A DNA stretch of 32,000 nucleotides from Dickeya solani IPO 2222 (GTDB taxonomy: Bacteria > Pseudomonadota > Gammaproteobacteria > Enterobacterales > Enterobacteriaceae): contig NZ_CP015137.1 in the NCBI RefSeq assembly GCF_001644705.1, positions 2,340,001-2,372,000 on the forward strand. Direction: 5' to 3'. Of this stretch, positions 28,536 through 32,000 are shown in pieces. The number at the start of each line of letters is the position of its first letter. Within the stretch, counting starts at the first letter, position 1. The notes under the pieces were generated by a model. It was not told the origin of the DNA. It worked only from the letters and a program-made list of their open reading frames with translations, and did no database searches. A program made the translations under genes and the position numbers.

Positions 28536-28542
28536 GAAAAAC

Positions 28543-29325
28543 ATGACCTCAACCTCATTACTGCATCCCTCGTTGCTTCCGCTTGAAGGTGGCGTTAATT
28601 TCCGCGATCTGGGGGGCATCCTTGTGGCGGACGGGCGGCAGATCCGGCGCGGCAGGCTGTTTCGCTCCGGCGCGCTGGACATGCTGAGCGAACGCGACAT
28701 CGACCATCTCGCCAGCGTGCCGGTAGCACACGTGGTGGATTATCGCGATCAGGATGAAGCCTCGCTGCGGCCGGACCGGTTGTGGTCAGGCGCCCGTTAT
28801 CATCAGGTTCCCGCCAATCCGCTACGGCATGAGGTTACCGCCAGCCTGGAAACGCTGGGCTCGGAAAAGCTCGAAGCGTTCGATTCCCGCGCCTTTATGC
28901 TGGAGCTGTACCGCCGCCTGCCGTTCGACAATCCGGCCTACCAGCATCTGGTGGCGTTGCTACGCCAGCCTGATGATGGCGCGCTGGTGCAACATTGCGC
29001 GGTGGGCAAGGATCGTACCGGGATTGGTTCCGCGCTGGTGTTGTTCGCGCTGGGCGCGGATGAGCAAACGGTGATGGAGGATTATCTGGTCACCGAATCC
29101 ACCCTGATTCCGTTCCGTCGCCAGTTGCTGGAAGACCTGTCGTCGAGCCTGAGCGAAAAGGCGCTGAAACGCTTTGATTTCGTGCTTTCCGCCCGCGAAG
29201 AGTTTCTGGTGACCGCGCTGCATACCATCCGCGAGCGACACGGCTCGGTGGATAACTGGCTGGAGCAGGATTACGGGCTGGACGCATCGGCACGAGAAGG
29301 GCTGCGGGAGAAGTATCTGGCATAA
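28543..29325 (+). CDS. Protein-tyrosine/dual-specificity phosphatase family protein (Y_phosphatase3-like)
   Basis: 260 aa. It has an N-terminal NFRDLGG motif and the catalytic P-loop HCAVGKDRTG (CX5R), followed by EDYLVTE, typical of this bacterial PTP-like family. Confidence 0.8.
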   Translation: MTSTSLLHPSLLPLEGGVNFRDLGGILVADGRQIRRGRLFRSGALDMLSERDIDHLASVPVAHVVDYRDQDEASLRPDRLWSGARYHQVPANPLRHEVTASLETLGSEKLEAFDSRAFMLELYRRLPFDNPAYQHLVALLRQPDDGALVQHCAVGKDRTGIGSALVLFALGADEQTVMEDYLVTESTLIPFRRQLLEDLSSSLSEKALKRFDFVLSAREEFLVTALHTIRERHGSVDNWLEQDYGLDASAREGLREKYLA

Positions 29326-29338
29326 CGCCGGTTTTTTT
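29317..29338 (+). terminator. Small hairpin plus T7 tract overlapping the phosphatase stop codon
   Basis: CTGGC-ataac-GCCGG forms 5 bp including a G:U. It is followed by TTTTTTT. Confidence 0.45.
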
Positions 29339-29402
29339 AATGTGGGACCGGCAGGCCTTTCTGGCCAGCCTGTTGCCACAATATAAAATCAGAAACGGCG
29401 GA

Positions 29403-30287
29403 TTAGCCCATCAGCGCCGCTTCAGCCAGCAACCAATCGCGGAAGCATCGGTTGGTGCGCGACAGCAGGGCGGAGGCGTCGTATATCAGATAATACGCCA
29501 GCGGCGAGTCGACGTTGACCTGAAACGGAGACACCAACTTTCCTTCCGCCAGTTCCCGACCGATCAACGATTGCCTGACCAGCGCAATCCCCGCGCCGGC
29601 GATAGCGGCCTCGATGACGCCATTTGAATCCACAAACACCGGGCCCTGGTCGGTCTGCGCGTTTTCGATCCCGATAGCCCGGAACCACAATGCCCAGTCC
29701 GCACGGTGTTCGTCATGCAGCAACACGGCGTCCAGTATTTCCTGCGGTGAGGCCAGTCGCTCGCGGTCATTAAGCCATGACGGACTGCACACGGGGATCA
29801 ACCCGTCGTCAAGCAGACGGTCCGCGATGACGTCGGGGTAGTGGCCGCTGCCGTGACGAACGGCGAACGTAATGCCCTCCGCCGCCAGATCCACCAGCCG
29901 ATGGGTGGTGTTGATGCGTACTTCACAGCCTGGATATTGCGCTTCAAAGGCGGGTAATCGCGGTAGCAGCCATTGGGTGGTAAAGCCCGAGGTGCAACTC
30001 AGCGTGATGACGTGGGGATGGTCCGCCGCCGTCAGGCGCTCGGTCGCCAGCGCGATACGGCTAAACGCCGGCATGATGGACTGAAGATAGAGCTGTCCCT
30101 GCGGCGTGAGCGTCAGAGAACGCACGCTGCGAACAAATAGCTGACGCTCCAGCTTATTTTCCAGACTGGTGATTTGCTGGCTGACGGCGCCGGGCGTGAC
30201 GTGAAGCTCTTCTGCGGCTTTTTTCATACTCAGCAGCCGGCCGGCGGCTTCAAAGTACATCAGCGCGTGTAGCGGCGGCAGTTTCAT
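29403..30287 (-). CDS. LysR-family transcriptional regulator (GcvA/AmpR-like subgroup)
   Basis: The wHTH is MKLPPLHALMYFEAAGRLLSMKKAAEELHVTPGAVSQQITSLENKLERQLFVR, followed by a LysR substrate-binding domain. GGAGGAG lies 5 nt before the ATG at 30287 (294 aa). The ORF is open to 30305. Confidence 0.88.
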   Translation of the reverse strand: MKLPPLHALMYFEAAGRLLSMKKAAEELHVTPGAVSQQITSLENKLERQLFVRSVRSLTLTPQGQLYLQSIMPAFSRIALATERLTAADHPHVITLSCTSGFTTQWLLPRLPAFEAQYPGCEVRINTTHRLVDLAAEGITFAVRHGSGHYPDVIADRLLDDGLIPVCSPSWLNDRERLASPQEILDAVLLHDEHRADWALWFRAIGIENAQTDQGPVFVDSNGVIEAAIAGAGIALVRQSLIGRELAEGKLVSPFQVNVDSPLAYYLIYDASALLSRTNRCFRDWLLAEAALMG

Positions 30288-30430
30288 CCCGACTCCTCCA
30301 TGCATCAGAAAAACTAAATTGTCACTAATTTCCTGATTTGTACAGGCAGGAGGGACGTGATGTGATTGATGGAAAGCCGAGAAAGGTGCTATTTGTACCC
30401 GCCGGCCGCTAACCCCATCAGGAGTGGATC

Positions 30431-31342
30431 ATGAAGTATGCTGATGTTATTCGTCTTTTTTCGCTGGCGGCCATCTGGGGCGCGAGCTTTTTGTTTATGC
30501 GGGTGGCGTCGCCAGCGATTGGCGCGATGAATACCGCGTTTTTTCGTGTACTGCTTGGGTTTATGGGGCTGGCGCTGCTTCTTGGTTTGTTGAGAACCAA
30601 ACTCGATTTTCGCGGCAAACTGGGTGTGCTATTGCTGCTGGGGGTGATCAATTCCGGGTTGCCGTTTCTGATGTATTGTCTGGCTGCCCTGTCCCTGCCG
30701 GCGGGCTATTCCGCCATTCTCAACGCTACCACGCCGCTGATGGGGGCTGGTGTCGGCTTTCTGTTTTTTAGCGAATCGGTCACCACCAGAAAACTGCTGG
30801 GCACCTTTCTTGGTCTGGCCGGCGTGATGTTGATGACCACCACCGGCAGCGCGGATTCGTTCATCCGGCTGATGCCCGGCATGGCGGCCTGCCTGATGGC
30901 GACGGCATGCTACGCTATCGCCGGCTTTCTGACGAAACGCTGGATTACCGATCGCGGCGGGCTTGCTCCGATGCTGGTGGCTACCGGCAGCCAATTGGGC
31001 GCGACCTTGTTTTTACTGCCTTTCTTTGTCTACTCCGTGGTGACGGTGCCGATAAGCGGCTGGCAGCCGCCCGCGTTGTGGGTAAGCGTACTGACGCTGG
31101 GACTGGTGTGTACCGCGCTGGCGTATGTGCTTTATTTCCGACTGATTGCCGATATCGGTCCGTTGAAATCGCTGAGCGTCACTTTCCTGATCCCTCCCTT
31201 CGGCATTATGTGGGGATGGGTCGGATTGGGTGAGCAACTTTCCACCGATGTGATCGCCGGTGGGATAACCATCGGCATTGCCGTGTGGCTGGTGTTGCAC
31301 TCGCCGGCATCGCAGAGAGTAAAAGGGAAAATACGTGGGTAA
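30431..31342 (+). CDS. EamA/DMT-superfamily transporter, divergent from the LysR gene
   Basis: 303 aa with about 10 TM segments in two EamA-like halves (...LAAIWGASFLFMRV... / ...CTALAYVLYFRLIADIGPLKS...). GGAG lies 6 nt upstream. Confidence 0.85.
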   Translation: MKYADVIRLFSLAAIWGASFLFMRVASPAIGAMNTAFFRVLLGFMGLALLLGLLRTKLDFRGKLGVLLLLGVINSGLPFLMYCLAALSLPAGYSAILNATTPLMGAGVGFLFFSESVTTRKLLGTFLGLAGVMLMTTTGSADSFIRLMPGMAACLMATACYAIAGFLTKRWITDRGGLAPMLVATGSQLGATLFLLPFFVYSVVTVPISGWQPPALWVSVLTLGLVCTALAYVLYFRLIADIGPLKSLSVTFLIPPFGIMWGWVGLGEQLSTDVIAGGITIGIAVWLVLHSPASQRVKGKIRG

Positions 31343-31361
31343 CGCGGCTGGTTGATCTATT

Positions 31362-31387
31362 GACGGTGAGAGCGGACGGTGAGAGCG
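31362..31387 (+). repeat. Perfect 13-bp tandem repeat in the EamA/ppc convergent spacer
   Basis: GACGGTGAGAGCG occurs twice, followed by a GC-rich imperfect hairpin at about 31385-31410. Confidence 0.9.
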
Positions 31388-31426
31388 CAGGGCCGTGACC
31401 GACCCCGCGCGTGATTGCCCTGACGG

Positions 31427-32000
31427 TTAGCCCGTATTGCGCATCCCGGCGGCGACGCCGGCGATGGTGACCATCAGCGCCTGTTCCACCTGCGGGTCCA
31501 GTGTCTCCTGCTGGCGCGAACGGTGCAGCAGTTCCGCCTGCAGCACGTTGAGCGGGTCGGTGTAGACGTTGCGCAGCGCGATGGATTCGGCGATCCACGG
31601 CAGGTCGGCCATCAGATGGTCGTCGTTGGAGATGGTCAGCACCGCTTTGATGTCCTTCTCCAGTTGCTCACGCAACTGGTTGCCGAGCGGCCACAGTTTC
31701 TCTTCCACCAGCCGCTGATCGTAGTATTCCGCCAGCCACAGGTCGGCCTTGGCGAACACCATTTCCAGCATGCCGATACGGGTGGAGAAGAACGGCCAGT
31801 CGCGGCACATGGCTTCCAGCTGGTTCTGGTGACCGTCTTCGATCACTTTTTGCAGCGCGGCGCCGGCGCCCAACCAGGCGGGTAGCATCAGGCGGTTCTG
31901 GGTCCAGGCGAAAATCCACGGGATGGCGCGCAGGCTTTCCACGCCACCGTTCGGCCGACGCTTGGCCGGGCGCGACCCCAGCGGCAGTTTACCCAGTTCC
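31427..32000 (-). CDS. ppc: Phosphoenolpyruvate carboxylase, C-terminal part; the gene continues beyond the window end
   Basis: ...[26 protein letters not shown]...[35 protein letters not shown]...[16 protein letters not shown]-stop is colinear with the E. coli Ppc C-terminus. The frame stays open to position 32000. Confidence 0.97.
   Translation of the reverse strand, partial: ELGKLPLGSRPAKRRPNGGVESLRAIPWIFAWTQNRLMLPAWLGAGAALQKVIEDGHQNQLEAMCRDWPFFSTRIGMLEMVFAKADLWLAEYYDQRLVEEKLWPLGNQLREQLEKDIKAVLTISNDDHLMADLPWIAESIALRNVYTDPLNVLQAELLHRSRQQETLDPQVEQALMVTIAGVAAGMRNTG

Overview
This is a chromosomal, mostly conserved core-genome segment from a high-GC member of the Enterobacterales. Gene order and protein sequences look Pectobacteriaceae/Dickeya-like, but the taxon cannot be proven from this window.

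Layout:
- 1-13.1 kb: the LPS core (waa) locus in three tightly coupled operons. These are mutM | GT2 > < coaD-waaE-waaA | AT-rich leader | GT4-GT9-waaL > < GT4(WaaG/WabG-like)-waaQ-waaC-waaF-hldD.
- 13.4-21.1 kb: kbl-tdh, yibQ-envC, and yibN-secB-gpsA-cysE.
- 21.4-28.3 kb: pagP, bioP(yigM), metR<>metE, ysgA (dienelactone hydrolase) and udp.
- 28.5-32.0 kb: a small accessory trio (Tyr-phosphatase family protein, LysR regulator, EamA transporter), then the 3' end of ppc.

I saw no rRNA, tRNA, CRISPR, IS/transposase, integrase, prophage or recognisable defence genes. I do not see a convincing novel multi-gene system.

Most noteworthy sequence-level observations:
1. A roughly 22-codon 3' scar of gpmI directly upstream of envC; the rest of the gene is gone. 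grxC is also absent between yibN and secB.
2. A 543-bp, very AT-rich leader carrying an ops/JUMPstart-like GGCGGTAG element in front of the GT4-GT9-waaL operon.
3. A perfect 18-bp in-frame tandem duplication at the pagP start that creates four nested ATGs.
4. A 98-bp convergent coding overlap of bioP and metR.
5. A textbook tandem-CRP (CytR-type) promoter geometry for udp.
6. A 14-bp x3 direct repeat on the promoter and leader of the phosphatase gene.

Many long antisense 'shadow' ORFs were examined and rejected, including a 776-codon one opposite metE.
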